Assembly (NCBI GenBank): GCA_052327205.1
Contig: CM126224.1
Span: forward strand, 36,580,001-36,644,000
Source of the DNA: Somniosus microcephalus
Lineage: Eukaryota
Length of the DNA stretch: 64,000 nucleotides
Direction: 5' to 3'
Shown: in pieces, positions 37,855-51,410 of the stretch
Position numbering within the stretch: the first letter of the stretch is position 1
Layout: each line of letters begins with the position of its first letter
Translations under genes and position numbers: made by a program
The notes under the pieces: model-generated
Database searches by the model: none
The model's input: the letters and a program-made list of their open reading frames with translations, nothing else
What the model was told of the DNA's origin: nothing

Positions 37855-39877
37855 ATTTGGATGATCAGCCATGATCTCATTGAATGGCGGAGCAGGCTTG
37901 AAGGGCTGAATGGCCTACTCCTGCTCCTATCTTCTATGTTTCTATCTTTCCCTTTCTCCCTCAGTCTCAACAACTAGTCATGGTCTATAGTACAAAATTG
38001 TTGTTAATTTGGCACTACTTGTCAAGCTTATTCACAGTGGAAACAGGACAGCTGTTGAGAAATGGAAAAGTAATGTCACACTGGTGCTGTTTGGAGGTTG
38101 GGGTCAGGTGGAGTATAGGGAGCTTTACTTTGCATGACTCGGGTGTGCTTGATACTAACACTGGGTGCCTGAAATGGGAAGAGTTCCATTACCCAGCATC
38201 AACACCCCTCCCCTTGATGAGCATTCTTTCCACTGATTGATTGTTTTTGTAAAGTTTGCCAAACAGTTTCTTGAGCAAGAGTATGTCTCCTCACGTCCAG
38301 GCCAGACCTTGGGACTATTCTACATTGGATTCCCCAATAATCAAATGCTTGGTGATGCAGTTGGTTGGGGCATAGACATTGAGTGGGTAGGATGTCAAAC
38401 CATCTTCACTATTCTCCACGCGATGTTTCCAATCGCAGTAGGATTCTGTTGGAAATTGTTGAGCGCAGACAGGGTGCAAAGTTTGGGGGAAGAAAGAAAA
38501 CTGGCGAACCACTCGAACATCTCCCTCTCACGCCCACCTCGAGATTGATTCAAGAGTAGAAGAGGTGGATATTTTTGTGCTTCGCCATAGGTTTTATTTT
38601 TGCAAAACTGACTCCTTTAAAGTTGTATGTCCTCCTCCATCATGATGATAAAGGATTATTCATTATAGCACTTGAAGTCCAGCTGCCACCTACAAAGTTA
38701 AAATCTGCTTTGAAGGTTATTGACAGATTGCATTTTTGATCATTTTAAAATAGGTTAAAATGAAGGGTGGTGATGTAGCTCTTAACAATGGTTTGTCATT
38801 GTAGTAGAGGGTTCCAAAGCATTTGTTCTCTACAACATGAAGTGCCCTTTAGTGGATGAACCCCTCTTGCATTGGTTTCTGAAGTGAGTGTTAAGTTAAA
38901 GTGGTTTTGTATTGCACTTAAGCAAACATACAAAGTGATGGGGACACTTGAAGCAGTTAAGCATTATATTTTTCAGTATGACCTGGGTGTCTCTGGCTCT
39001 GTGCCATCCATCTGTCTATGCTTGTGTGTCTGTGGAGATGTTGATATATATTTAAGTTTCAACATGAACTCTTTTGAACTGTCAACATCTTAAATTCATG
39101 AATGAGCATCTTCTGGGGGGTCAGAGAGGAATTATCCAAAATTCTATATTCTTGAATTGGTCGGGGTTTTTAATTGCTTCTCAGTTGATTTCATGGTTGC
39201 TGGTGGGTGGGAGGATTAGGGGTCATGGTGCTTAGTTAGTTGCAACATGATTTTATTGGACAGGCTCGATGAAACAGTTGGTCTTTTCCTGTCCATTAGT
39301 TTCATATGTTCGTATTTATTCCAGTTGTTTAAATTTTAGTGCACTCACATGACTGCTTGTTCCAGTTCCATTCAGGTGTTGTTTTCTATGTTCTTGTAGG
39401 TGGCAGAATGCAGGAGGCAATGTTTGAACCCAGGGACTTAATTCATTAGGGAAAAAGAACAGACAATGGTATTGATGTTATTTTCCCCTCCCACTCACTA
39501 CATGTCTCTGAGTCTTCCCTTTGTTGTGTTGTTTAACTCCTCCTTCGGTGTATGTCTCCGATGCTCAATGTCTTCTGCCTCAAAACTGATGTCCTCCTAA
39601 TGTCTCTCTTTGCTTACCTGTCTCCCTTTCCCTGCAGCAATGTCTCTATCAGTTTGAATTTCATACTCGCTCAAGAAATGCTTTTAGGAGGCATGGCAAC
39701 CTCGACCTCCATTTGAAACGAGGCTGTAAGGAAGGAGATCAGCTTTATAGCATTCCTGGAACCTTGCATTGTGACAGTGAGAGCAGGGAGGAACAGCAAT
39801 ACGTGAAATACTAATTCACCACCCATGTCAAAGAATATGCTCTTTTGTAAGAACAGCTATAAATACAAAATATATTA

Positions 39878-40195
39878 CAGGAAACTTTTTCTTATCCGGA
39901 CGGGACCGACGTGGTGCCGGTTCATCAAAATTTCCGGATAACCGAAAGCTATAGTAAAAGATACGGAGCTGAGAGCTCCGTATAAAGCAACAAACCCTGT
40001 TGCTTAGCAACAGGTTCAGAACAATGGCCACAAGTTGCAAGCGTCTCTGTAGCTTAGCAACAGCTGCAGCCACACCCTTGCACAGCAACAGATGGAGGAA
40101 GGCAAGTAATAAAAGTTACCTGAACCTACTCCTGAATTTTGCCGGTTAACCGAGATTTCTGGTTATTTAGGTGCCGGTAAATTGAAAGTTTCCTG
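39878..40195. mobile_element. Tc1/mariner-like MITE, copy 4
   Basis: TA-CAGGAAACTTT ... AAAGTTTCCTG-TA. Most similar to copy 2. Confidence 0.88.
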
Positions 40196-40677
40196 TATTC
40201 TGCTGTTAAAGTGTAACTGGTGAGTCTCTAAGGTCACGGAACCCAATTGCAGTACAGACACACCAAGGTCCATTACAGATTAATTATATTTGGCAGACCC
40301 TTAGATAAATCAGAGGCTATTCTATATTGCTGGGGACATTTCTCCAAAGCCAGTGGCAAATGACTAGTTTTTTCCCGCGCTTTCCATTGTTCATCTATAA
40401 CCATTGCAGTCTCACCTTTTTAACTTTGCTCTATACACCTTTTCACATTTGTATTTTGTTGCATGTTAGACATTGAAGATGTGAACATAATGAAGTTAAT
40501 AGATGTTCCAAGTGCGTAATTAATTTTTATACAGTTAAATAATTATATCTGGGACAGTGAATACTTAGCAAATGATATCATACATTGCAAATGCTATTTT
40601 GTATGTTGCTAATGGCCTGATATTGAAGTTACAGGAGTACTATTTTTTTTAAATGATGCTAAGATTAATATTAATAT

Positions 40678-41893
40678 TAATAAAACCTGTACAAATGGAC
40701 ACCCCCAAAAAATGGCCACCTGCAAAAAATGGACACTTGTTGACAGTCCCAAATAACTTACATTGTAATAGATACAAGCTGCACCTTTGAAACCACGGAC
40801 GCTCGCAAATTACGAACTACGGGCAGCCTTCAATGCACAAGTCCGTTTGCAACTTAAAACCCGGGACATGCAGGTAAGTGCTAGGCAACAGCAGTTGGGG
40901 AAAAAAGCTGCATTTGTGGAATGGGGATCTCTTTACCGAAAATCCATAGCAGCAGAGAAACCGCTCGATCTCTGGGATTGAATGCGTGCACGGCTCTGTC
41001 CCAGGGATCGAGGGATTTCTCTGCCGCTATGGATGCTGGATAAAGAATTCCCAATTGCACAAAAGCCGGGGACTGCACCAGAATGACTGGTACTCTCGTA
41101 AAATGGGGCATGGTCTCCAGGGCACTGCCTGTAGATTATCTACATGGCAATCATTGCATTACATTTCCCACAGCCCCCTGCTCCTTGATGCCACCCGACC
41201 ACTGCCGCAGGGAGCTGTGACCACGTGGAGTGCAGTCTGGAGGGGGCTGGAGAGTCAGGAATCGTGGATGTCGACATTCAGGAGGGCGGCTGATCTGGGG
41301 GGGGGTGGGAGGGCGTGATCTCAGCATTTGGGGGGCAGGTCTCAGCACTCTGAGGGCATCTCTGAAATTGCGGGGGGCGATGGGGGCTCGGGGGAAAGAT
41401 GGAGAATGGGGTCTTGGAGCGAAGGAGAAATGGAAGAGAAGGGGACTAGGGCAAGAGAAGGGGACTAGGACTGGGGCTCAAGCGAGGGGAGGGTGGAGAT
41501 GGGTACCAGCATTCTCTGCAGAGCCATAAGCAGCAGCAACATCATGCAGTGGGAGCAGCATTGAGAGAGGAGCAGTCAGTAAAGTGGCAGAACCAAGGGG
41601 GCAGGGAAGAGGAAGAAGGTTCTTAAACTGAGGGCTATTAGACCGTGGGATCCTTCACCACATGTGGCTATTGAGGTAGAGATGAATACCAGATCCCAGA
41701 ATCAGGACATCCCTCCCTCAATGGAAAAGGACTCCAGGATGGCAATGAACTGGGAAACCCAACAAACAGAAAAAAATAGAACTGAAATTACAGGGCTCCA
41801 GAATTAGGCACAAGGCCAGGTGAGAGTGGAAAGAAGGAAGGTATGCTTGCTGATGTAAGTTCCTTGGGTGTCCCTAATTTACAGGTTTCACTG
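40678..41893. mobile_element. Tigger/pogo-like non-autonomous DNA transposon (~1.2 kb)
   Basis: The left end AAACCTGTACAAATGGACACCC pairs with the right end GGGTGTCCCTAATTTACAGGTTTCACTG-TA. The interior is G-rich. Confidence 0.6.
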
Positions 41894-42619
41894 TACATTT
41901 ATTAATTAAACCTAGCATCAATTGGAGATTTCGTATTGAAAAAACGAAGATCTTTGCACCCTTCAAATAGCTGCAAAATAAAATCCAAATGCCGAGACTA
42001 AATTCCAACATTCAGAAATTATTATATACTGTACAGTTTTCTCTTGACTTGGCAAAGATACATTGATAGTTTTGTCTATATTTAATTATACTTGACACAT
42101 CCTTCTTCCTGATGCAGCTTTTTTTGGGTTGGGTAAGCTTGCGGTTTGCTGTCATATTTAAATTAGCTATGAAGAGGTGCAGCAATGCTGACTGGTTCAG
42201 TTTCTATGGAGATGTTCCATGGAGCTGTCTTCTGATTCTGTTATTTCCCAGCAGATGAAGCTTCTATGCTCCTACCACAGGCAGTAATATTCAAACAAGC
42301 TGTGTCTGTGTGCAAAAGAAAAATGGGCTCATTCTGCAACAAATTTTGCTCATTACATCAGCAAATCTCTATTAAAGCAATTTAAACATTTGAACCAACT
42401 GCTGGTAAATGTAGCTTTTATTTTTTGCTGGCCTCTGTTACTAACTTAACCCGTCTTGTGAAAACACAACAGGTTTTGTTAACCTACTCAAGGACACCAA
42501 TGCTTGACATGAATAACGAAGATGAACATACACCCTTAATTAGCAACAAATCTAATTAAATAACCATCATATTGCAGATATTTATTTTATTAAGATGGAT
42601 GCCAATTTGCTGTCAAATT

Positions 42620-43030
42620 ACTGCTCCCCCCTCACTCAAGTTTCCCCCCTCATCTCGTGAAGGTGTTGACTCATGGCGGAATGTGGTTCTGTAGGTACCA
42701 GCCACACTCTGGTAACTTGGCCAACTGCTCATTCTTCAGGTGTGAGCCCAAACAGTGAGTGTTGGCAGGCTCTTTTAGCTGGGAGAGTGTCACAGTTGAA
42801 GCTAATACTGTTTTTTGATCAACATCCACAAATGTATACTTTCAGCATGCGTCATTGTATATCAATCAGGAGTTGAATCCCTGGCTGATTTCCCCACCCC
42901 AGCTTCCACCTTCTAGCCTAGTGCTGAGGGCGACTGTAATGCCCCTGCCGCTGCCTAGGTAGGACCTGTTAACTCCGCACAGACTGAACATTGAACCTGG
43001 AGCTTGACTTATTTTGTTTGGGTCAGGTTA
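42620..43030 (-). mobile_element. Old tRNA-headed SINE (family X)
   Basis: Body shared with other family X copies. Minus-strand B-box-like CAGGTTCAAT near 42990-42999. Confidence 0.6.
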
Positions 43031-44839
43031 TTATGAAGAGCTCTTCACAAGTGGATTGGGTGTCGCACTGCACTTTTTTCCAATCTGTGCGGTGATTTTG
43101 TTGAAATGACTCGAGTAAGGTTGTCACGTTTCTTTGCAATGTGGATTCTGATTACCAGTGGGCAAAACATTTTGAATCGTCCCATTGTATTGTGGGAGCT
43201 GCCTCTTGCTGTAACGGTGGTTAGAACCATCCATCGTTTGGAAAACCTTCATTTTGCAAATGTTGCGTTAAGCTCATAAGGCTGTGCTAAATGTGACATA
43301 GGCTGCTGTACAGAATGAAGCGCAGCTGTTCGTTCAATACAATAGTGTTACACTTGTGCAGTAAAATGCCAGAATACAACAAAACATATGGCGGTAATTG
43401 GAGAGGAAGACATTGTCCCGTCCCTCAATGCACTGAAATCGGATGATCATTTATTACCCTGTTTTAATTTCTTTTAAAAATTTAGCTGTCAATCCCAAGT
43501 AGCTCAGAGTGAAACTCAGGAAAGTGTATGAATTGGTTAGGTGTGTTCTGAGCGTCGAGACCTGTGTTGGTGCCGTGGGCTGCTCTTGCAGAGCCAGCTG
43601 CAACCCAATCGTGCCAAATTTCACCGAGACCAGCAGCTGGGAAGATGCAGTTTAGAAAACCGACCCAGGTTTTGGGAGTTGATGCCATGAGCTAAGGTCT
43701 TGGCTCAGTGTAAAAGTAGCTTCAGTCTGTTGTGCATTTTCCAAGCACCTGTGTGTATTGAAGCGAAATTGTGTTTTGAAGGGTTTAAGGGCTGTCGGTT
43801 GCAGATTTCCTTCCACATAGCCTGTCCTTTCCAACATTCCCTCGGCACCAGGGCAGCACTTGAAGGGGAGAGGGAGGTGAACCTGTGAGCAGCACTGGGA
43901 AAGTGAGAAGAGTGCATTAACATGGATTCGGGATGGGAGAAAAGTGCAGACGGAACTGAAGGAAGAGGACAGGAGAGGGCCAGCTGGAATAAAAAAAAGT
44001 CTAAATCAAAATTCTGCTGAAGCTAAAATTCTATTTGGTGAAAAGGGTGAAATAATTTGAACAAAAAAGTGCTCCCCCGCCCCTTTGACTTTCTACATCT
44101 ATAATCTGCATAGACATAGGCGAAATATATCACATTTTACATAATATACAGTACTGCTAAGTAAAGCTAGGAATGAAGAAATCAAGGGCAAAAATGATAA
44201 AAGATCCCAAGTTGGATCATTTTGTTCAGTAGATGATGTCCAGGAGGATTATATTCAGTTCTTAGCAGCCAGCTATTTGGGATGCTGAATCAGCTATTTC
44301 AGTAAAACAGTTGGTGTGCAATTCTGCAGTAACAATATTGGGGTTCTATTTTTCAATCCTACAGCAATCTTTAACAGCCAATGGCAGTTTGCTTTTAGAG
44401 TATTATCTTCCCTCATCATCCAATGCAGGCTGCTGTAAAAGCTGAAGTGATTGAACGCGGCTACGCACTGTGGGCGGGAATTCCTTCTCTGGTGGAAATT
44501 GCCGCCCTCAATATGCAGCCAGGTTCGGTTGCTTCAGCTCTTATACCAAGGGCGGCAGCAGGACTTCGATAGGAGCCCCAGAGCGGCGCACAAGAGGAAT
44601 GGGGCCGAGCAGCACTGATTTTCATCCACTTGCGCGGCCAGCTGGATGGGCTCCCCAAAACACCGACTGCCTCCAAGCATGAACGGTTAGCTGTACAATA
44701 TCCTCACCCAATGTACATGCATATACACTTGGGATGAGAGTCAGCAGCAGGGTCCCTGGCTGATTATCCCTCGCTGCAGGGTCACTGCAGCCATTTGTAG
44801 CACCCTGTTTTGAGACCAGCTCGCGAAGCCTTATTAGCT

Positions 44840-45395
44840 TTTCTTCTCTTCTTAGGCAGTCCCTCGGAACCGAGGATGACTTGCTTCCACATTAAAAATG
44901 AGTTTGCAGGTGACTGATGAGTCCAATGCAGGACCTACAGTCTCTGTCACAGGTTGGGGCAGACGGTGGTTGAAGGGGCGGGTGGGTGGGGTGCTTGGAT
45001 TGACGTGCGTTGCCTGCGCGTGGCTTCCGCTTGCTCCCGGCGAAGAGACTCGAGGTGTTCGGCGCCTTCCCAGATGCTTCTCCTCCACTTTGTGCGGTCT
45101 TGGGCCAGGGATTCCCAGGTGTCGGTGGGGATGTTATACTTTTTCAAGGAGGCTTTGAGGGTGCCCTTGAAATGTTTCCTCTGCCCACCTGGGGCTCTCT
45201 TGCCGTGCCGGAGCTCCGAGTAGAGCGCTTGTTTTGGGAGTCTCGTATCGGGCATGCGGACAATGTGACCCATCCATCGGAGCTGATTGAGCGTGGTCAA
45301 AGCTTCGATGCTGGGGATGTTGGCCTGAGCAAGAACACTGACGTCGGTGCGCCTATCCTACCAATGGATTTGCAGGATCTTGCGGAGGCAGCGTT
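44840..45395 (-). mobile_element. RTE-clade LINE, 5'-truncated
   Basis: ORF 44947-45300 reads QLRWMGHIVRMPDTRLPKQALYSELRHGKRAPGGQRK..LKASLK, the RTE C-terminus. It ends in an (AAG)n tail. Confidence 0.9.
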
Positions 45396-45767
45396 TACCA
45401 GATTTCTGACCGACTTGCTCATGTTAAACACTGATTTGGTTCCAACATTAATAACTGTGTATCTACCAATAGAAGGTTTTGTCCAATAATTTAAATCCCA
45501 AACCCCGAGTAAACTTTCCATCATGCACAAAATAGCCAAGTGTTTAGTGGTAGTGGAAAAAATATTACTTGTCCACATATTCCAGTTACATTTCAAAACC
45601 TGGGCCCATTTTAAATTATGTTTTTTTGTGTGTCTGAGAGGACCCTCTTTAAATTAAATTTTGACTTTTTACAACACTTTCTGCTGATACTTTGAGAACA
45701 TAACTCTCACCCGCACCAGTATAAACACCTTAAAACATCTAGCTCAATTTAATGTGGAGTGTTGGTT

Positions 45768-46025
45768 TGGATCAGTGGTAACAACTTGCCTCTGAAAGTT
45801 GTAGGTTCAAGCCCCGTTTCACAACTTGAGCACATAAATCTAAGCTGACATTTCAGTGAAGTACTTGGGGGAATACTCCACTGTTGGAGTTGCCGTCCAT
45901 CAGATGGGATATTGAATAGAGGCTCTTTCTTTCTATTGTGGTGACTCTGATGGACGTTAAAGAGCCAAAAGCAGCAAGTTCTCAGTGTGCCCAGGTCAAC
46001 ATTCTTCCTTCAACCAACACCTCCC
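45768..46025 (+). mobile_element. DeuSINE (SacSINE1-like), partial
   Basis: Head TCAGTGGTAAC..GGTTCAAGCCCC, followed by Deu-like GCCGTCCATCAGATG..GAGGC..TGGACGTTAAAGA. Confidence 0.65.
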
Positions 46026-47149
46026 ACTGGAAAAATTGCTCTTGGGTATTACAGCTCCATTAATGACCCTTTGTTCCCAGAATAAAAATAAAATAATTCT
46101 GGCAACTTTTGCCTGCAGTTTTTATATTAGATTTTTCAGAGTTTATGATGGGTTACATGTCCAGATTGCTGTATGTTTTGTTCTGATCATACTTTCAGAA
46201 GCATGCATTGGTTTGCTGCAATGGGTTGTACCTCATTAGTGTTGTTTTGAAGAATAAGGTAGTTTGTCAGCAATGACTTCATGGACCTTGTCAGGCAAGG
46301 GGTGATGGAAACCGTTCAACATTGGATTGGGCCATTGCTCTCTCTAGCGCATCGTGCGACTTCCCATATCTTTCTCTACATGCTGGCCCGCCCCCAATCC
46401 TTCATGAGGCATGTTGGATATTTTTATGGAGGGGAGTTTGTTGTGCGGGTCTTCAGTAATGGGCTTTAAGTGGAGGCTAGCAATCGCTTGCTGCAACTGA
46501 TGTATCCCATAAGAGCCTTAACCACAATTTCTTTTGGAGGAGGGGTGCACAGCTACAGGAGAGGATGGGTGAGGGAATATCATTTTAATGTTCATAAAGT
46601 CACCAGTAGCCCTGATGTGCAATGCTGGCAGGTCAGGTTCCTGTGCAGACTTGTAAAATTGCGAGTGTATTTATCTTGCTGAAATAACGGCATTGCAGAT
46701 TTTATGGTTATTGAAACAAAAAATGTAGTTACTTTTTAAGCTAATGTTGTGGAACGTCATTTCCCATGTTATTACTGTTATGCAGTACAAAAGGATTGGA
46801 ATCTACATTGTAACTGGATTGTTAGGATAGCTTGTCTGTTGCTCCCGCCCCCCAACACGGTTCAAATGGCAAAAATCCTGGCCCACACTTGGTGCCTCCC
46901 TGACAACCCAAGTAAAACTGGGGAGCAGAAAGCAGAAACCTTCTATTTTTGGCAGGGTGATTTGAGGTGCCAACCTACTAGATGATTGTTAAATAGTTGA
47001 CCTTTACCTGCAGAATGAATAGCGCAAATGTCTTGTGCTTTAAGGGTTAAACTATTTTTGTCAATAACCTTTTCAGACATAAGACAAATCAGTCAACTTT
47101 CCCAATGTGCAATTCAAAATATTCATGGAACATGATGAAGGGCTAATCA

Positions 47150-47450
47150 ATAACATTTTCTAAGGTGATATTGTATGTCCCTTCACCAGTTTTCATGCCA
47201 TAAGGTAGAAGTTCAGTGTGAAAGTTGAAATGTAGGGTGTCCTTTTAGTACTTATTTGATATTACTTCTCATTAATGTATTTAAGGGAAAGCTAGATAAG
47301 CACGTGAGGGAGAAAGGAGTAGAAGAATATGTTGATGGGATTAGATGAAGAGGGGTGGGAGGTGACTCGTGGAGCAGATGCAGCAACTTGAACCCATTGG
47401 GCTGAATGGCCTGTTTCTGTGCTGTAAATACTTTGTAATACTTTATAATA
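47150..47450 (+). mobile_element. Old CR1 3' fragment
   Basis: The 3' UTR is similar to 24940-25085. Confidence 0.6.
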
Positions 47451-48259
47451 AATGATCACTTTAGATTTTATAACTGGTTATAAATATATCAGGAAAGCAA
47501 AAAAGGACCTTAAATGAGCTTTATTATTTTTTACAAATACATGCAATGTGATTAAATAAATTGGGTTGAAACTCACTGTGTTGCTTGCTTGTGACATCTT
47601 GGAGATGATAATGCATGGATGTTTTGGTTTTTCCTCCCCAAACAGTTCTTCATTTAGAGACTGTCCATTTAAGACTCCTTTATAAAAATAAAAAAACCGC
47701 ACAGGGACAATCTGCGATGCAATAGTTTCTATACCTCTATGAACAATTGGTTTAATTTGACCCAGAACATTAAGAAAGCTTGTTTCATCACGGCAGACTT
47801 GAGTAAACAGATTTTAATTTCGGACTTGTAGCTATCATTCCCTGTAGCTATCATTCCCTGTTAATGAAGGTACGTTACACCTGTGGCAGTCTGCACTGGT
47901 GAGTGCTACTGCCCGTGCAGGGGGCCAGAAAGTGGCCGAGAATTCACGGGGTCTTTTATCATCTGACCACTGTACTTTCTGTGAAATACATCAAATTTAA
48001 ATCTAATGTTTTGGCTGCATAACATGAAGAAACTTGTTGATAAATCAGAATAATGTCTCTGATCTCAGATTCAGCTGACAATGTGGTTTGGGTAATTTTT
48101 AGTCAGATTATTCTTTCAATTCTATACAATGTATTCTTAGACTTTTAATATATGCACTGTAGTTTTGAGATTCCATGATCAGTGCAGGTAGCTGAGTTTG
48201 TAAGTTATTTTATTACAGGATTTATTTTACTCATGGACGTTAAATGAACTTCTGATTGT

Positions 48260-48710
48260 CATAGAGTCATAACGGCACAGAAGGAGGTCATTCGGCCCAC
48301 CGAGTCGGTGCCGGCTCTCTGTAGAGCAATCCAGTCAGTCCCATTCCCCCGCTCTATCCCCGTAGCCCTGCAAGTTTATTTCCCTCTAGTGCCTATCCAG
48401 TCTCCCCTTGAAAACATCGAGTGTCTCCACTTCCACCACTTCCGTTGGCAGCAAGTTCCAGGTCCTCACCACTCGCTGCGTAAAAAAGTTTTTCCTCACG
48501 TCCCCCCTGTATCTCTTGCCCAAAACCTTAAATCTATGTCCCCTAGTCCTTGTATCATCAATTAGTGGGAACAGCCTTTCCCCGTCTAGCCTATCCAAAC
48601 CCGTCATAATCTTGTACACCTCTATCAAATCACCCTCAATCTCCTTTGCTCTAATGAAAACAAATCCAGCTTCTCCAACCTGTCCTTGTAGCTAAGATCC
48701 CCCATCCCCA
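48260..48710 (-). mobile_element. CR1 LINE 3' fragment
   Basis: ORF 48386-48628 reads IEVYKIMTGLDRLD..RTRGHRFK..KNFFTQRVVRTWNLLP. Confidence 0.9.
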
Positions 48711-48799
48711 TTGTCGGAGGGCCCAGCAGGCTGGGCCATCAAGATGTTTTTTTTTCAATTTTCTTCTGTTTTTTAAATATGGTGACTCTTGTTTGGGTA

Positions 48800-49150
48800 A
48801 GATTGTACAAAGAAAACCCTCCGGTATCTCTGCCGAGTGGCCATTCTTCATGTGTGAGTCTAGCCGATGAATATCAGCAGGCTTTTTGACCATGGAGGGC
48901 ATTGCAGCTGAGCCCAATCCTTCCCTCACCTGACACCCACATACGTGGACTTGTTGCTGGCAGTGATCAGGAGCTCCTTGAATTTTTGCCCATCTTTCCC
49001 TAGTGCAGGACGCATTGGCCAATTCTAACGCCTCTATTGCTATTCCACTTGAAATTGGCCAACTCTGCCATGACCAGGGTTGAAGATGGGCTGTTTCTGG
49101 TCTCTATGTCTCACTACCACAAAGTATAATCAATCTTGGCCACTGAGCTC
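48800..49150 (-). mobile_element. Old tRNA-headed SINE (family X)
   Basis: Shared body GAGTGGCCATTCTTCATGTGTGAG..GCTGAGCC..ATCCT. Confidence 0.6.
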
Positions 49151-49922
49151 AACACCTTAAGTTTAAAATTGTTATTGAAAGCGAATATTCTCTTTCGGGT
49201 GGTGGATGTTTGTGTTTGCTCTGCACTCTTGTAGACTTTTTCTTTTATAATGGGGATGAGCATAATTGCGGGAAGGGGCAGTATTTACTGTTTACAAACA
49301 GATTCCGATACACCCCCTCACCTCTTGCCAACCTAATTACAAAGCAGCCTGCTTTGAAAATTGCCACTTTAAAAATAAGCACAATTATAATGAACCAAAA
49401 TACTGTTGTCATTCCTGAGCAAATTGTTCTGGAAAGTTAAACAATTATGTGCTCTCAAATGAATAAACAAAATCAATTTTCATTTTTGTAAATTTTCCGT
49501 GTTTAAAGAATGAGGGATGTTAATGTTTTAATTTGGATACCTCGTGTTAGCATCCCAAGACAGGTATAGCTTGTTAGATGCAGAATAAAGCCTCCTTTAA
49601 TCTAACCTTAGAGAAGCACATTAACGATAGAACTGCAGCATTTGCACGAAGGGAACTGCTTTGCACTGTTGGAGCGTGAGAATACCCTTAGAAATCTTGC
49701 AGAGAGCGAAGACTTATTGTCAATAATCTCAGCTGAATTCAAACCCACATTGCAGAGGTGAAAGTCCAGTGACATATCCATGGGGTTGCTTCTCTGAGCA
49801 TGGGCAGAGATGGTACTTGGAAACCTTACTCCCACTAAATGTGCTCTACCTGACCTGGGAGTGCCTGCTGCTAACACAATTAAACAGCTTGATGAGCGCA
49901 AAATTCAGAAAAACAGTGAACT

Positions 49923-50208
49923 TGCAGGAATTGACGAATTCCTAACTAATAACTGAGGTCGACTCAGGAGATCAATCAAACAGGTCTTTAATGTGAGACT
50001 AAATGAGTTCAAACAGTTTGATGAGATCGATACAGGAGAGCCACGAAAACAGGTCTTAACAAGATGGAGATTCCACGAGGACTGCCTGGGCAGTCACGTG
50101 GTTTGCAACGTGACGTCATCGCGTTTGCCCGCGTTTTCCCGCGCTCTTAAAGGCGCCACGCCCCGTGCATACAAACACTATATACAAAACAAAGTAATGT
50201 CTAACACA
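49923..50208 (-). mobile_element. Probable solo LTR related in layout to 27191-27479
   Basis: Starts with TG plus a hairpin (AGGAATT..AATTCCT), like 27191. It has minus-strand ATTAAA at 49987-49992 and shares the AAGATGGAG and TCTTAAAGG motifs. No TSD found. Confidence 0.45.
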
Positions 50209-50710
50209 ATGGTACAGGCTTAGGCTGGTGTTAGAACATCGTTAAAGGGAATTATGTACAGTTGCCCAGAGTCATTCAGTGGCTCCGCCACAAACTTAGA
50301 TTTTTGTCAGGAGTTTGGGAAACAAGACTGAATTTCGTGGCGGAGAATCGGCAGAGTCTAGCAGGTGAGAAAGTCGAATGTGAGGCAGCAAGCATCAACA
50401 CTAATGGTTTTTCAGATGTTAATGTAGAGCGAACCTCATTATTCAGCTTTGCTATAAACTTAAAGTTCATTGTGTATGTGTAGTATTTAGCTGCTGTGGT
50501 TCTGGGTGGTACTCTCTTTCCTGTGGTAGGGTTTTTTCTGCCAAAGGTACTTTTTGTATTTCAAATGTTTGGGGATTTTGCCGGATGTTGCTTAGAGTGG
50601 ATTTTTTTCTAACCTGTTTCAGTGGGGCTTGCTTGTGTGTTTATTTGAGGGGGGTGGGAAAAGAAATGTAATATTTCAAATGTTACATTGGGGAAAGTAT
50701 CAATCTTAAT

Positions 50711-51410
50711 GGCCCTTATTTTCTGATCGGAGGCCTCCGATCTTGGAAAAAAAATCTACACCCTTACCTGAGGGCTCCCGAGGTCCGGCCATTTCCGCTC
50801 CTGGGCCTCTCCACGACGAAATGCGCAGGGCCCAGGTATCCCAGGGGCGCATGCGGTTCGCAAGCATAACTGGGATCACGTGGTCCATGGGGAACCAATG
50901 GGAGAAGGGAATCTCCCTTCATACTTTTGCTAGCTTAGACCTGTCAAAAGTATGAATGTAAATCACTCCAAAAACACATCAAAACATTAAATAAATGTTT
51001 AAAATCACATTTTTAAAATTACATTAAATTAAATATCTTAAACAAAAATTTAATTAAAAAAAAAGTTTTTTACGGGGCTAAAAATAAACGTACCTTTTTT
51101 AAAAATACAAAATTATAAATGAGTGGAAAAACATTTTTTAAAAACTCTTATGCTGGTAAAAGCAGGCCTTACCAGGCGTAAGATTTTTAAGTGATTTCAG
51201 CGTGCGGAGGTTCTGCAGAAAGCGGAACTCTCCACCCGCAGAGGCCCTTCTCCAGGGCAGGCGTCCGATCTGTCAAGAGCAATCTTGACAGATCGGAAGT
51301 GCCGGTTTTCAGCGCATGCGCTTCGCATGCCTGAAACCGGCACTTGTGAGGCCCCCTACAGGGTGTGTACACAGCTCGTACACACCCGTCGGGATCGGAA
51401 AATACGGGCC
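50711..51410. mobile_element. Harbinger-like MITE (same family as 23969-24657)
   Basis: TIRs GGCCCTTATTTTCTGATC and GATCGGAAAATACGGGCC, with flanks AAT/TAT. It is collinear with 23969-24657. Confidence 0.85.

Larger units (their letters stand above)
34538..37944 (+). mobile_element. Near-full-length CR1 LINE (3' part of ORF1 plus ORF2), inactive
   Basis: Contains the ORF1 SGNH-esterase part (VVVHIGTND), the APE endonuclease and RT, and a 3' UTR ending in TTCTATGTTTCTAT. Confidence 0.97.

Noticed and set aside
47828-47861. 16-bp tandem duplication TGTAGCTATCATTCCC x2, and poly-C runs at ~57465-57482 and ~58472-58491
   Set aside because: Ordinary slippage products with no sign of function.
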